64,000 nt of DNA from a candidate division FCPU426 bacterium (GTDB lineage Bacteria > Oederibacteriota > PGYV01 > Palsa-1178), in contig CAWIXE010000001.1 in assembly GCA_963840035.1 (NCBI GenBank), positions 1,024,001 to 1,088,000 of the forward strand, given 5' to 3'. Below are positions 1 to 10,043 of the stretch, in pieces. Position 1 is the stretch's first letter, and the number at the start of each line of letters is the position of its first letter. A program made the translations under genes and the position numbers. Under the pieces are notes generated by a model. It had not been told where the DNA came from. It worked only from the letters and a program-made list of their open reading frames with translations, and did not search any database.

Positions 1-1
1 G

Positions 2-1531
2 TATCTGCGGGGCATAGACAGGGTGATAGGAGACATGTGGAAAGCGGCGCACAGTTACAAGCTCCGGGATTACGAATTCTGTATTTATTCCGACCACGGA
101 CAGGAAGAAACCGTTTACTACGCGAATGAGACAGGCAGGTCAATCCAGGAAGCCATCAATTCAATATTTAAAAACACCATCATGTCAGCGGGCTGGAGGG
201 CTTCTTTAAAGGCTCACACGCATTATTCAAGGGCTGACCTTTTAAGGAACAGGCCGAAAAAAATAAAACCACAGCCGCAGCCGCCTGCAGACGCCCACGC
301 GGCGGTGGAGGCCATCGGGCCCGTAGGGCATATTTATCCGCCTGTTTCGCTTTCATCCGAGGAAAAGCAGCAGCTTGCCGCGGAGCTGGTGAAAAATGCG
401 GCCATACCAACGGTAATGTATTTTGACGAAAAAAACAGGGCTGTCGCCAGGGACGCGCAAGGAAGTTTTTTCCTGCCGGAAGGCGCGGACAGGATAATAG
501 ACAGGGGCCATCCGTTCTATGAAAGCACGGCAGAAGATTTAAAGAACCTTTGTCTTCACCCGGATTCAGGCGCGCTCATATTGCTGGGCTGGAGAAAAAA
601 CAGGAAACCACTGACATTTTATAATGAACACGGGAGCCATGCCGGGCCCGGCCCTGAGGAGACATCCGCTTTTGCGGTGCTTTCCGAAAAGGAGATAGGG
701 CATCCGTGGCCGCGTCCAATCACCATCGGGGATCTGCGCGAAGCCGCTCTGCGCGCGCAGGGAAGGCTCAAGGCCGGCGCCGCGCACCCGCACAGCCATA
801 AAAAACCGGAAGGGGTCATAAGGGTCATGAGTTATAACGTACATGGCTGCGCCGGAAGGGACGGCAGGATCTCCCCCGAAAGGATCGCGAGGGTTATTGC
901 CGCGCATGACCCGGACATAGTCGCGCTGCAGGAACTCGACGCGAACGACGCCGTACATCAGGCAGAAATAATAGCAAAGAGTCTTTCCATGTCGCACCAT
1001 TACCACGCTTCCGTATTGCTAAGGCACGGATGGCATGGCAACGCCGTGCTGAGCAGGTATGACTTAAAGCTTATTCACAGCGCCGGGCTAAAGAGGCTGA
1101 TGAAAACCAGGATCCTGGAACCACGCAGCGCGTTATGGGTTGAAGCGGATGTGGACGGGAAAAAAGTGCAGATATTTACCACGCATTTAAGCCTTTTCCC
1201 CGGGGAAAACCTGCTGCAGGCAAAGGACATATTAGGGCATGATTGGATTGGAAGCCCCAAAATATCCGGGCATGTAATACTGTGCGGCGATTTTAACGCT
1301 ACAGCCAGGTCAAAAACGTGTAAGGAGATAAAGAAAGTATTAAAAGACGCGCATCATGGCCTCAAAGGCAGGTACGGGATCAGGACTTTTCCGAGCATGT
1401 ATCCGGTGAGCAAGATAGACCACATATTTACCGACAGCGGCATTAAGACAATACCGGTATGTCATGTGATTTCCAGGCTTGAAAGAAAGGCCTCGGACCA
1501 CCTGCCGCTGATAGCGGACCTTGTCATATAA
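2..1531 (+). CDS. 5'-truncated fusion: alkaline-phosphatase-superfamily-like domain + endonuclease/exonuclease/phosphatase (EEP) domain
   Basis: Frame is open from the window edge. SDHGQ and HGSHAG motifs, then EEP motifs (MSYNVH, DIVALQE, GNAVLS, THL, CGDFN, IDHIF, ASDHLP). Confidence 0.85.
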   Translation, partial: YLRGIDRVIGDMWKAAHSYKLRDYEFCIYSDHGQEETVYYANETGRSIQEAINSIFKNTIMSAGWRASLKAHTHYSRADLLRNRPKKIKPQPQPPADAHAAVEAIGPVGHIYPPVSLSSEEKQQLAAELVKNAAIPTVMYFDEKNRAVARDAQGSFFLPEGADRIIDRGHPFYESTAEDLKNLCLHPDSGALILLGWRKNRKPLTFYNEHGSHAGPGPEETSAFAVLSEKEIGHPWPRPITIGDLREAALRAQGRLKAGAAHPHSHKKPEGVIRVMSYNVHGCAGRDGRISPERIARVIAAHDPDIVALQELDANDAVHQAEIIAKSLSMSHHYHASVLLRHGWHGNAVLSRYDLKLIHSAGLKRLMKTRILEPRSALWVEADVDGKKVQIFTTHLSLFPGENLLQAKDILGHDWIGSPKISGHVILCGDFNATARSKTCKEIKKVLKDAHHGLKGRYGIRTFPSMYPVSKIDHIFTDSGIKTIPVCHVISRLERKASDHLPLIADLVI

Positions 1532-1535
1532 ATAC

Positions 1536-1654
1536 AATTAAAAATTCAAAATTTAAAATTAATAATTATAGTGTGCTGTTGCGCTTACTATTATGATAAT
1601 GCGAGGAGCCTGCGGCGAGCCTGTTCCGCAATTTTGAATTTTTTAATTACTTTT
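1536..1654. repeat. Heptamer-repeat inverted element (AATTNAA type)
   Basis: aattaaa-aattcaa-aatttaa-aattaat ... aattttg-aattttt-taattac, starting just after the stop codon. Confidence 0.6.
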
Positions 1655-1730
1655 ACCCTATTTATCTATTATCCAATTCGCCTGTTTTGTGCTAATATAT
1701 ATCATAAAATTTGACTGCGATTGGAGCGAG

Positions 1731-2654
1731 ATGAAGATAGCCTGTATAGACTTTGAGACCGCGAACCCCTTCTGGGGCAGTATCTGCGCGGTTGGAATGA
1801 CAGTGATAGAAGACGGGAAAATAGTGCATTCACTCAACACCTATATAAAGCCGCATCCGGAGCACGGTGTTTTTAACAGGGACAACATACGCGTGCACGG
1901 GATAAAACCCGAGATGGTAAAAGATTCCCCTGAATTTAAGGACATATACCCTCAGATAAAGCCCTACATTGAAAATGGTTTTGTCGCCGCGCATAATTCC
2001 TCTTTTGACATAGTATGCCTAAAGGATGTCCTTACGCTTTATAACATTCCCATACCGGGCTTTGAATACATCTGTACCTGCGAGATATCAAGGAAAGCCT
2101 GGCAGGGGCTGAAAAACTACAGGTTAAAAACAGTGGCTACCCATCTGGGGCATAAGTTCAAACACCACGACGCGGGCGAGGACGCCGAGGCCAGCGCGAA
2201 CATCCTGATAAAAGCCATGGAGCAATCCAAGGCTGCCGACGTGCATAAACTCGCGGAAGAGCTTGGCGTGAAGGTAGGGGTGGTTAAGGCCGGGGAGATT
2301 CACATACTGAGCTCGGTTAAAAGCGCCCAGAAGAAACTTGACAGCGTTGACGCGGCCACTATCAAGGCTGAATCCGATAAATTTGACGAATCAAGCCAAT
2401 TTTATAACAAGGAAATAGTATTTACGGGAAAGTTCATGAACGGAGTAACCCGCAGGCAGACCATGCAGATGGCGGTAAACGCGGGCGCGAAACTTTCAAA
2501 TTATGTCCGCATGGCGACTGATTTCCTGGTCCAGGGAGCGGATGAAACAGGCGCGGAGAGTTCCAAGACAAGAAGCGCTAAGAAATACATACAGGGTGGA
2601 AGCAAGCTGCGGATTATTACAGAGGACGAGTTCCTTAGTAAAATAAAGATATAA
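1731..2654 (+). CDS. DEDDh 3'-5' exonuclease (DnaQ/Pol III epsilon-like) with C-terminal BRCT domain
   Basis: IDFETAN, AHNSSFD, HHDAGEDA; C-terminal IVFTGKF...NAGAK...TDFLVQG...IITEDEF. ATG 1731 follows GGAG. Confidence 0.9.
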   Translation: MKIACIDFETANPFWGSICAVGMTVIEDGKIVHSLNTYIKPHPEHGVFNRDNIRVHGIKPEMVKDSPEFKDIYPQIKPYIENGFVAAHNSSFDIVCLKDVLTLYNIPIPGFEYICTCEISRKAWQGLKNYRLKTVATHLGHKFKHHDAGEDAEASANILIKAMEQSKAADVHKLAEELGVKVGVVKAGEIHILSSVKSAQKKLDSVDAATIKAESDKFDESSQFYNKEIVFTGKFMNGVTRRQTMQMAVNAGAKLSNYVRMATDFLVQGADETGAESSKTRSAKKYIQGGSKLRIITEDEFLSKIKI

Positions 2655-2657
2655 TAC

Positions 2658-2760
2658 AGTCTCAATAATCTCAGAGGTCTCAATGATCTCAATGGTTAGA
2701 ACAGGCCTGTTTTTTGTCCCGACTATTGAGATCATTGAGACTTATGAGATCACTGAGACT
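2658..2760. repeat. Nonamer-repeat inverted element (TCTCAATGA type)
   Basis: agtctcaataatctcagaggtctcaatgatctcaat ... attgagatcattgagacttatgagatcactgagact; four 9-nt units per arm. Confidence 0.85.
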
Positions 2761-2775
2761 GCTTTCGAGGCACCT

Positions 2776-3315
2776 ATGGATCTAATAACCGAGCTTTCCG
2801 GCATTGATTCAAAACACAGGATAAGCGTAAAAAAGGCTGCTGCGGAAATTGTATTTCAGGGGGCCGGGCTTTATGACCTGGTTTTTGAGAGGGCCCTTTC
2901 AGCTGAAGGCGTCCTGGCAGAGCGCTGCGCGGAAAGCTGCGCGAGGGCCGCGAGGGAAATCCCGTCGCTGGCGCAAAAGCATAAGAACGAACTTGTCACC
3001 GCAATCCGTAAAAATCCAAAAGGCAACATGAGATACTTTCTTGCCTCCATTCTTATAAACGTCAATCCCGGCAAAAAGCAGGCTAAAGATTGCGCGCGTA
3101 TTATCCATAAGTGGCTCAATGATGAAGTGGGCAAAGGTGCAAAAGCGTGTTTTCTGGAAGCAATTGTATCGCTTTCCCGGAACAACCCGGATGTCCTGCC
3201 GCTTGCGCGGAAACTCATCGCAGAAGCATTAAAGTCTGATGTGGCCTCGTACTCGGCAAGGGCAAGGGTTGTAATGGGAAAAGGCAGGAAATTATCTATT
3301 AGCCGGCACTTGTAG
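2776..3315 (+). CDS. Hypothetical alpha-helical (HEAT-like) protein
   Basis: ATG 2776 after GAGG; helical pattern. The TAG stop lies within the GTAG of the following REP. Confidence 0.6.
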   Translation: MDLITELSGIDSKHRISVKKAAAEIVFQGAGLYDLVFERALSAEGVLAERCAESCARAAREIPSLAQKHKNELVTAIRKNPKGNMRYFLASILINVNPGKKQAKDCARIIHKWLNDEVGKGAKACFLEAIVSLSRNNPDVLPLARKLIAEALKSDVASYSARARVVMGKGRKLSISRHL

Positions 3316-3433
3316 AGCCGCCGCTTGCTGCGGCTCAAGGTTGGATTCGTTTTTTATGATGATGTTCGAACCTGTTTGGCATCTGCTGATAACAACAATA
3401 CCGACTTTGAGCCGCAGCAAGCGGCGGCTCTAC
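3312..3433. repeat. REPIN-like inverted pair of GTAG REPs (GTAGAGCCGCCGCTTGCTGCGGCTC)
   Basis: 25-nt unit at 3312-3336 and its exact reverse complement at 3409-3433; third copy at 4816-4840. Confidence 0.9.
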
Positions 3434-3453
3434 AAAAACTGTGTTATTTGCTT

Positions 3454-3602
3454 GTAGGGGCGATTCACGAATCGCCCAGAGGCAGGATGTGGTTTTGGAG
3501 ATTTTATATATGAGGGCTTAGAAAAAATGTAATAAGAAGTTTGAGATTACGGGTGAAAAAAGTGAATTCCCAACTTTTGGGCGATTCGTGAATAGCCCCT
3601 GC
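3454..3602. repeat. REPIN-like inverted pair (GTAGGGGCGATTCACGAATCGCCC)
   Basis: 3454-3477 and near reverse complement at 3579-3602; same family at 37097-37192. Confidence 0.9.
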
Positions 3603-3659
3603 AACAGCAAATAATCCAAAAACAAAAAAACCAGCCTGCAAAAACAGCTTTATTTTTAA

Positions 3660-4427
3660 TTAAAACCCAATCCCCACCCTAAACTCAAACTTTTCCTTTT
3701 TATTATCCAGCAGGTTCTCACCGAAGCCGTGGAAAAACTGGAAGGTCAGCATGGGCAGGATTTTTTTCGCGAAGGCCTTGTTTATGCGGAAGGTTATTTC
3801 CTGGCCGCCTTTTAGCGGGTCTATGAGGTAATCGCCGCCCGGGTATATCCTGATGGTCAGATCGTTCCTGTCAAAAATGTGCGCCAGTACATTTCTTACC
3901 GTAAACTGCAGTTCGTATATGCCCCGGTATTTGGCGATGTCTAAACTTGTGCTGTCATATCCAAAAGGAAACCATGCTTTGACCAGCCAATAGAGCTCGT
4001 GCTCGCCGGCTATGTCCGCGGCTGATGAGTATCGCAGGTAAACGTGGTTCCAGCCGCATGAGTCGCCGCCGCCCAAACCGTTAGACTCGTGTTCCACGCC
4101 TAAGTCAAGCCACAGGAGGTTTTCCCGGGATACGACAAAGCGGTAGAATAACTCGGGGTTGTAGTTTAAGTCCCTCATGGGCTGGGAATCAGCCCATAAA
4201 TCCCACATCATGAGCTGGGAGTAGGCAAAGTAGAAATCAACGTCCTCTATCATCTTAATCTTAAAACTTACTGAAAGTTTTGAGGCGTTAAAGCCAAGAA
4301 GGAAATAGTTGGACCTGTATCCCTCGGCGGCCCAGTGCGGCCCGTCGAATTCATTTACGTAGGCTTTTAAGCCGGAAAATGTGAAAAAAAATATGAGCAT
4401 TGCCATGTAAGTTGTTTTTTTTCGCAC
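3660..4427 (-). CDS. pldA: Outer membrane phospholipase A (OMPLA)
   Basis: Signal peptide; YFAYSQ, NYNPE, catalytic HESNG...S..WN, GFGENLLD, C-terminal Phe. Confidence 0.85.
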   Translation of the reverse strand: MRKKTTYMAMLIFFFTFSGLKAYVNEFDGPHWAAEGYRSNYFLLGFNASKLSVSFKIKMIEDVDFYFAYSQLMMWDLWADSQPMRDLNYNPELFYRFVVSRENLLWLDLGVEHESNGLGGGDSCGWNHVYLRYSSAADIAGEHELYWLVKAWFPFGYDSTSLDIAKYRGIYELQFTVRNVLAHIFDRNDLTIRIYPGGDYLIDPLKGGQEITFRINKAFAKKILPMLTFQFFHGFGENLLDNKKEKFEFRVGIGF

Positions 4428-4557
4428 GAGTGTCCCCCGGTAATTTTTATCAGATGATTATAAATTGAAGTAAGGGAGTTAGTCAAGGGTAATAATAAAA
4501 AGGGTGCCTTTTGCAATAGTGCGTAAATCAAATGCCGTCATCTTAATTGTTGTCCTA

Positions 4558-4606
4558 TTTTGTCAACGCAGTTTTGGTGCCTGACACCAAAACTGCGTTG
4601 ACAAAA
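4558..4606. repeat. Perfect 22-bp inverted repeat with 5-nt loop
   Basis: ttttgtcaacgcagttttggtg-cctga-caccaaaactgcgttgacaaaa. Confidence 0.95.
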
Positions 4607-4815
4607 GGTGCGGGCTGCGGGAATACCGTGGCAGGTGTTGATGTTTCGGGCGGACACATAGGTCCGCTCATGCGGGGGATTGTAATGATTAATTGCCTGC
4701 TTTGAGCCGTAATATCCGTCTTTGGCGGGCTTCGACTCACATGCAGCGGAGGTTAAAGGCATGAACTGTGTTTGGTTGGCACAATTAGGATTACAGTGAT
4801 AAGAATACCCGCCTT

Positions 4816-4840
4816 GAGCCGCAGCAAGCGGCGGCTCTAC
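4816..4840 (-). repeat. Single GTAG REP, identical to 3409-3433
   Basis: gagccgcagcaagcggcggctctac. Confidence 0.9.
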
Positions 4841-5003
4841 GAAAGGCAAAACAGGACAGACACCTTTTTTACCCAAACAAAACAGGGTGTTTTTTTATGT
4901 TGAACTCTTCCTTATATATATGGTATTATATGGCGTTGTTTTTAAGACGGGTGAAAAAACACAAGGCGCACTAAAAGTGCGTCTTAACATTTTGGAGGAT
5001 TAC

Positions 5004-6341
5004 ATGCAGAGAAGGATGCAAATTACGCTGTTTATAACGTTATGCCTTGTCATTTTTTCAGTATGGAAAATATGGCCGCCTTTTGACATGAAGGACAGCC
5101 AGGGGGAGATTTTGACAAAGGGAAAGATAAAGCTCGGACTCGACCTTCAGGGAGGCATGTACTTAAAGCTTGCCATTGATACTGAAAAGATGCCTGCGGG
5201 CGTCAAACTCGAGGAAGCCGTGTCGCGCGCACTTGAGATTTTAAGGAACAGGATAGACGCGCTCGGCGTGGCTGAGCCGCTGATTACCCGCGAAGGGGAC
5301 AAGTACATAGTAGTCCAGCTTCCGGGAGTCAAGGACCCTGAAAGGGCGCTGAATATTGTGGGAAAGACAGCGCTGCTTGAATTTAAAATGGTGGATGAAA
5401 GAAATAAAATATCGGACATGACCGACGCCAGCGGCAATACAGTCGCTTCGAAAATACCGGCGGATGTAAAGATCGTAGCGGACCGCAACGGCGAGCGCCT
5501 GGTTATATCAAACAAAGACCTCTTAACCGGAGCTGACCTTGTTGACGCCAAGGTGCAGATGGGGCAGAGCATGCCGGTTGTATGGTTCAAGTTCTCGCCG
5601 ACCGGCGGAACAAGGTTCGCTGAAATAACCGGAGACAATGTCGGCAGAAGGCTCGCCATCATTCTTGATGATAAGGTTTATTCGGATCCGGTCATTAAAA
5701 CCAGGATAAGCGGCGGGGAAGGCATCATAGAAGGAAACTTCACGCTTGAAGACGCGAGGGACTTATCGCTCATACTCAGGGCAGGAGCGCTTCCCGCGCC
5801 TGTAAAGATCATCAACAAATACGTCGTCGGGCCTTCGCTCGGCGCGGATTCCATAGCCAAGGGCCAGAAATCCATCATGATCGGCGCTTTAATCGTGGTA
5901 ATTTTCATGGTGCTGTATTACGGGCTCTCGGGCCTTATCGCGGATTTCGCCCTTTTATTCAACATACTTTTTGTAATGGGCATACTCGCGGCTTTAAACG
6001 CGACGCTCACATTGCCGGGTATCGCGGGCTTGACGCTGACCCTCGGTATGGCAGTTGACGCGAACGTCCTTATCCTTGAGAGGATAAGGGAGGAGATGAG
6101 GGGCGGCAAGACCATAAGGGCGGCAATAGACGCCGGATACAACAGGGCCTGGCTTACCATACTTGACTCGCACGTTACATCGCTTATCACGGCCGCCATA
6201 CTTTTCCAGTTCGGAACCGGCGCCATTCGCGGTTTCGCTGTTACGCTTTTCTGGGGCCTTGTAATCTCGCTTTTCACGGCGTATTTCATAACTCAGTCAA
6301 TATTTGACATGAGAAAACAATACAACAAACTCAGCATATAA
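5004..6341 (+). CDS. secD: Protein translocase subunit SecD
   Basis: LGLDLQGG, RIDALGVAEP, LRAGALPAP, VGPSLG, GMAVDANVLI.ERIREE. ATG 5004 after GGAGG. Confidence 0.97.
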   Translation: MQRRMQITLFITLCLVIFSVWKIWPPFDMKDSQGEILTKGKIKLGLDLQGGMYLKLAIDTEKMPAGVKLEEAVSRALEILRNRIDALGVAEPLITREGDKYIVVQLPGVKDPERALNIVGKTALLEFKMVDERNKISDMTDASGNTVASKIPADVKIVADRNGERLVISNKDLLTGADLVDAKVQMGQSMPVVWFKFSPTGGTRFAEITGDNVGRRLAIILDDKVYSDPVIKTRISGGEGIIEGNFTLEDARDLSLILRAGALPAPVKIINKYVVGPSLGADSIAKGQKSIMIGALIVVIFMVLYYGLSGLIADFALLFNILFVMGILAALNATLTLPGIAGLTLTLGMAVDANVLILERIREEMRGGKTIRAAIDAGYNRAWLTILDSHVTSLITAAILFQFGTGAIRGFAVTLFWGLVISLFTAYFITQSIFDMRKQYNKLSI

Positions 6342-6357
6342 TCCCAAGGAGGGTATA

Positions 6358-7284
6358 ATGATTGAAATAATTAAGAACCCAAAAATTGATTTTATCGGAT
6401 TAAAAAAGGTTACATACATAATTTCCATACTTCTGGTTTTAAACGGGCTCTTCGCGGTTTATAAAGTCGCCACAGGCAAGGCTAAGATGGGGCTGGATTT
6501 CACCGGCGGTGTTTCCATACAGCTGAAGTTTGCCAAGGATGTAAAGGTTGATGACATACGCTCAATACTTGACAAACAGAAAATGAGCCAGGCAGTCATA
6601 CAGCAGGTAGGAGCCCCGGCTGATAAGGTCATCATGATCAGGGTCGGGACACAGGACTTAAAGAGTGAGAACGCTTCGGGCGTCATAACGGATATTATAA
6701 GGACCGAAACAGGCGACACTCAGATGACCGTCCTGGAACAAAATGAAATAGGCGGAGTTGTAAGCGCCCAGTTAAAGGAAAAAGCCATGCAGGCTGTTTT
6801 TTGGGCGTTAATCGGCATATTGCTCTACATCTGGGTCAGGTTCAAGTTCAAGTTCGCGGTAGTGGCGACTGTGGCCACGCTTCATGACGTGCTTGCGGTG
6901 CTCGGGCTTTTGGTCCTTTTGAACAAGGAAATAGACCTGCTGACCATCACCGCGCTTTTAACCGTCGCCGGCTACTCACTTACCGACACTGTCGTTGTTT
7001 TTGACAGGATAAGGGAGAACATGAGGCATATTTTAAAGCAGACATATAAAGAACTTGTAAACATGTCTATTAATGAAGTTTTAAGCAGGACCATCATAAC
7101 GTCTTTTACTACCATAGTAGTTGCGCTTTCGCTATTTTTATTCGGCGGCGACGTGCTGCATGTTTTCTCGCTTACGCTGGTCATAGGCATCGTGGTGGGC
7201 ACGTATTCATCGGATCTGCTTGCCTCGCCTTTAATAGTGGACTGGGAAGAGTTTGAGAAGAAAAACAGGACGGGGATTAAGTAA
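6358..7284 (+). CDS. secF: Protein translocase subunit SecF
   Basis: GLDFTGG, HDV, GYSL.DTVVVFDRIREN, RTIITS.TT, GTYSS. Confidence 0.97.
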   Translation: MIEIIKNPKIDFIGLKKVTYIISILLVLNGLFAVYKVATGKAKMGLDFTGGVSIQLKFAKDVKVDDIRSILDKQKMSQAVIQQVGAPADKVIMIRVGTQDLKSENASGVITDIIRTETGDTQMTVLEQNEIGGVVSAQLKEKAMQAVFWALIGILLYIWVRFKFKFAVVATVATLHDVLAVLGLLVLLNKEIDLLTITALLTVAGYSLTDTVVVFDRIRENMRHILKQTYKELVNMSINEVLSRTIITSFTTIVVALSLFLFGGDVLHVFSLTLVIGIVVGTYSSDLLASPLIVDWEEFEKKNRTGIK

Positions 7285-7285
7285 T

Positions 7286-7376
7286 AATTTACAATTTTGA
7301 ATTTGCGATTTACAATTTGGTTTACCGGCGTTTTAAATTGTAAATCGTAAATTGTAAATAATAAATGGTAAATTGA
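7286..7376. repeat. Heptamer-repeat inverted element (AATTTAC type)
   Basis: aatttac-aattttg-aatttgc-gatttac-aattt ... aaattgt-aaatcgt-aaattgt-aaataat-aaatggt-aaatt; spans from stop codon to next RBS. Confidence 0.85.
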
Positions 7377-7383
7377 GGTTCAC

Positions 7384-8379
7384 ATGATCCTTCATATCAT
7401 CCTTGGGTTAATCAGTCTTATCATAATCCTTATTGCGTGCGAATTTTTTTCCAATTCCGCGGCGTGGGCGATTAAAAAATACAGCCTTGGCCGCGGGCCG
7501 GCCGGCAGGATTTTATCTGTCATGGCCACAGCGCTTCCTGAAACCATAATACCCCTGACTGCCCTGCTGCTGATTCCCGGCAGAAGCGGCGCTGAAATGG
7601 CGCAGGGCGCCATACTGGGCGCGCCTCTCATGCTATCAACGCTTGCCTTCGGCATAACAGGCATTACCGCGGCTGTATTATCCCTTAAAGATAAAACGCG
7701 CGGAGCTGTTATAGGCTCCGGACATACAGCCCTTCTACGCGGGCTCTTATTCTTTACCGTAACCTTCACACTTGCCATTATATTTTCCTGGTTTCACCCA
7801 GCGGCAAAAAAAGCCGCGGCTGTTGTCTTCCTCGTTATTTACGCGTATTACCTGCACCTTTGCGCGGCGGATAAGGTCGTTGACGCGGAAAACCAGGATG
7901 GACTCTATTTTTCCCCCGGGGCCAACCCGGCTGTACAGCTTGTAGTATTCCAGCTTGCGGCGGCGGCCGGCGGCATCGTGCTGGGCGCAGGGATTTTTGT
8001 GGACACTTTAAAGTATTTTTCAGCGGAATTCAGGATTGACGCATTTTTACTCGCGCTTTTTGCAGCGCCCTTCATAACGGAATTTCCTGACAGCCTGAAC
8101 ATTGTCAGCCGTTTGAAGCAAAAAAAGGACGATGCGGCGCTTTCCGGAATAGCGGGAGCGCTCGTTTTCCAGTCGTGCGTGGTGGTGTTTGCCGGGCTTG
8201 TGGCCACGCCATGGGATTTAAGCAATACCGCGAAAGTATCCGCGCTCATTGCGATAGTGTCGGCGGCTTACCTGGCAGCGTATATCAAAATATTTAAGAA
8301 GCTGCACGCCGCGGCGCTTATCGTGCCGTTTTTATTTTATATTTTATTCATATTGTTCGCTGTAAAAGGCGGATTTTAA
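7384..8379 (+). CDS. Sodium:calcium (CaCA family) antiporter-like protein
   Basis: About 10 TM segments in two halves; alpha-repeat-like ATALPET and ITEFPD. Confidence 0.75.
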   Translation: MILHIILGLISLIIILIACEFFSNSAAWAIKKYSLGRGPAGRILSVMATALPETIIPLTALLLIPGRSGAEMAQGAILGAPLMLSTLAFGITGITAAVLSLKDKTRGAVIGSGHTALLRGLLFFTVTFTLAIIFSWFHPAAKKAAAVVFLVIYAYYLHLCAADKVVDAENQDGLYFSPGANPAVQLVVFQLAAAAGGIVLGAGIFVDTLKYFSAEFRIDAFLLALFAAPFITEFPDSLNIVSRLKQKKDDAALSGIAGALVFQSCVVVFAGLVATPWDLSNTAKVSALIAIVSAAYLAAYIKIFKKLHAAALIVPFLFYILFILFAVKGGF

Positions 8380-8380
8380 A

Positions 8381-8809
8381 ATGGTAAAGGCCGCGGCTTG
8401 CTGCCTCATACTTCTGCACGGAGCCATGTTTTTTATTAAGAAACCCCGGTTTAAACTGATTTACCTGTACATCCTGGACGCGCTGTTTTTGGGGATTATG
8501 ATTATTTCAGGGTCAGGCCCGGCGCAGGCCCTTTTTTTTACCGCGGCTGCTTTTGCCGTGAATATCTTCCTGTGCGCGCCGGAAGCCGCCGCGCCTGAGT
8601 TTAAATTCGGGAAAGATGAGTTTTTATTGTGCGTTTTTGGCGCGGCAACCATCGCGTACGGAGCCTTCTTTGCGGCAAAGAATCCCGGGGAATTTTTACC
8701 GGACACACAAGGGCAGTGGCCTGTTACGGCGCTTTTTATGCTTTTATCCGCGGTATTCACCTTTGTTTATTTTATCTCCAGGCAGGAAAAAGGGGCGGCC
8801 CATGAATGA
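8381..8809 (+). CDS. Hypothetical membrane protein (~5 TM; weak NuoJ-like layout)
   Basis: Hydrophobic 142 aa, translationally coupled to neighbours. Confidence 0.6.
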   Translation: MVKAAACCLILLHGAMFFIKKPRFKLIYLYILDALFLGIMIISGSGPAQALFFTAAAFAVNIFLCAPEAAAPEFKFGKDEFLLCVFGAATIAYGAFFAAKNPGEFLPDTQGQWPVTALFMLLSAVFTFVYFISRQEKGAAHE

Positions 8810-10043
8810 AATAATGATCCCTGCGGCAATATTTTTCGCACTTATGGCGGCCTTTTTACTTTTTGTTAAAAATGACAATCCGGCCGCGTTCAAAATATTC
8901 CTTATAATAATAAAAGGAATGCTTATGTGGTCCATATTATCGGGGGCTTTCGCGGCGTCGCCGGGAGTGTTCGGGGCTTTTTTCACGCTGATGGCAGCCG
9001 TGGTTTTCGGATTTTACCTCCTGCCTGAAGGAAAAAACACCGGACGCAGGCGCCATTTTGCGGCGGCAGCCGGCCTTTTCGCCGCGGTCCTGATATTTTC
9101 ATCGGGTTGTTCGGGGCAGGGCGGAATGAAGTATCCTGCAATATCGGATTACATGGACCTGGGTTTTGTCCCTTCCGCCATATTAAGCGGCGAAAAAAAC
9201 ACCGTATATGTGGCAACTGAAAGGTCAAAAATAATATACCTGTATAACACCATGGAAAAAAAGAGGATCACATCAATAGGCGCGGGATACATGCCTGCGG
9301 ATATAAAGGTGTCAGGGGGCAAATTGTACTCCGCGAATAAAATGTCCGACACCATAACCATCCACGACCTTGAAACAGGAAAAGGGGTTAACATCGCGAC
9401 GGGAGGGATATACCCTTCGGCAATCGCTTTAAACCAAGCCAGGGGGGAGCTATACGCCGCGAACCTGGGCAGCAACAGCGTGTCCATCATAGACATAGCG
9501 TCAAACACACCGGCGGTAAAAGCCGTCATCAAAACAGGCAAATGGCCCTCAGACCTGTACGTTGCCCCGGATAACAGGTATGTTTATGTATGCTGCAAAT
9601 ACACGAATACCGTCCAGATAATAGACGCGGAGAAGCAGCTTCCGGTATTTACAAAAGTTGACACCGGCACCTCGCCTTCGCAGCTGCTTCCCATTAATAA
9701 CACTGATATTGCCATCATTAACGAGTGGGAGTACGCATATAACCATTCAAGCTCCGTAATTGTTTTTAACAGGGTGTCATACGCGCTTGAATACGACATT
9801 ATAGTCGATGGAGGCATTTATCAGGCGGCGCTTTCAAAAAGCCGCAGGTACATGTACATATCCGTGCCGCTGAAGGATAAAATAATATTTGTGGACATAA
9901 AGAAAAAACAAAAGGTATATGAGATACAGTTTAAGGATGACCTTCCCAAGTACCTTTCGCTTTCCGCGGACGGGTCGCTGCTTTATGCCGCAACCCAGCA
10001 GTCGAAAAAACTATTCATGATAAAGTTAAACGACCTCAGATGA
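8802..10043 (+). CDS. N-terminal ~3-TM segment + internal lipobox-like segment + YVTN/YncE-type beta-propeller
   Basis: ATG 8802 overlaps the previous stop. LYAANLGSNSVSIID and related repeats; ...VLIFSSGC after the TM region. Confidence 0.75.
   Translation: MNEIMIPAAIFFALMAAFLLFVKNDNPAAFKIFLIIIKGMLMWSILSGAFAASPGVFGAFFTLMAAVVFGFYLLPEGKNTGRRRHFAAAAGLFAAVLIFSSGCSGQGGMKYPAISDYMDLGFVPSAILSGEKNTVYVATERSKIIYLYNTMEKKRITSIGAGYMPADIKVSGGKLYSANKMSDTITIHDLETGKGVNIATGGIYPSAIALNQARGELYAANLGSNSVSIIDIASNTPAVKAVIKTGKWPSDLYVAPDNRYVYVCCKYTNTVQIIDAEKQLPVFTKVDTGTSPSQLLPINNTDIAIINEWEYAYNHSSSVIVFNRVSYALEYDIIVDGGIYQAALSKSRRYMYISVPLKDKIIFVDIKKKQKVYEIQFKDDLPKYLSLSADGSLLYAATQQSKKLFMIKLNDLR

Noticed and set aside
4538..4876. 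112-aa minus-strand ORF (also 3325-3513 and 37067-37252)
   Set aside because: These run through REP or palindromic DNA and show no protein-like features.
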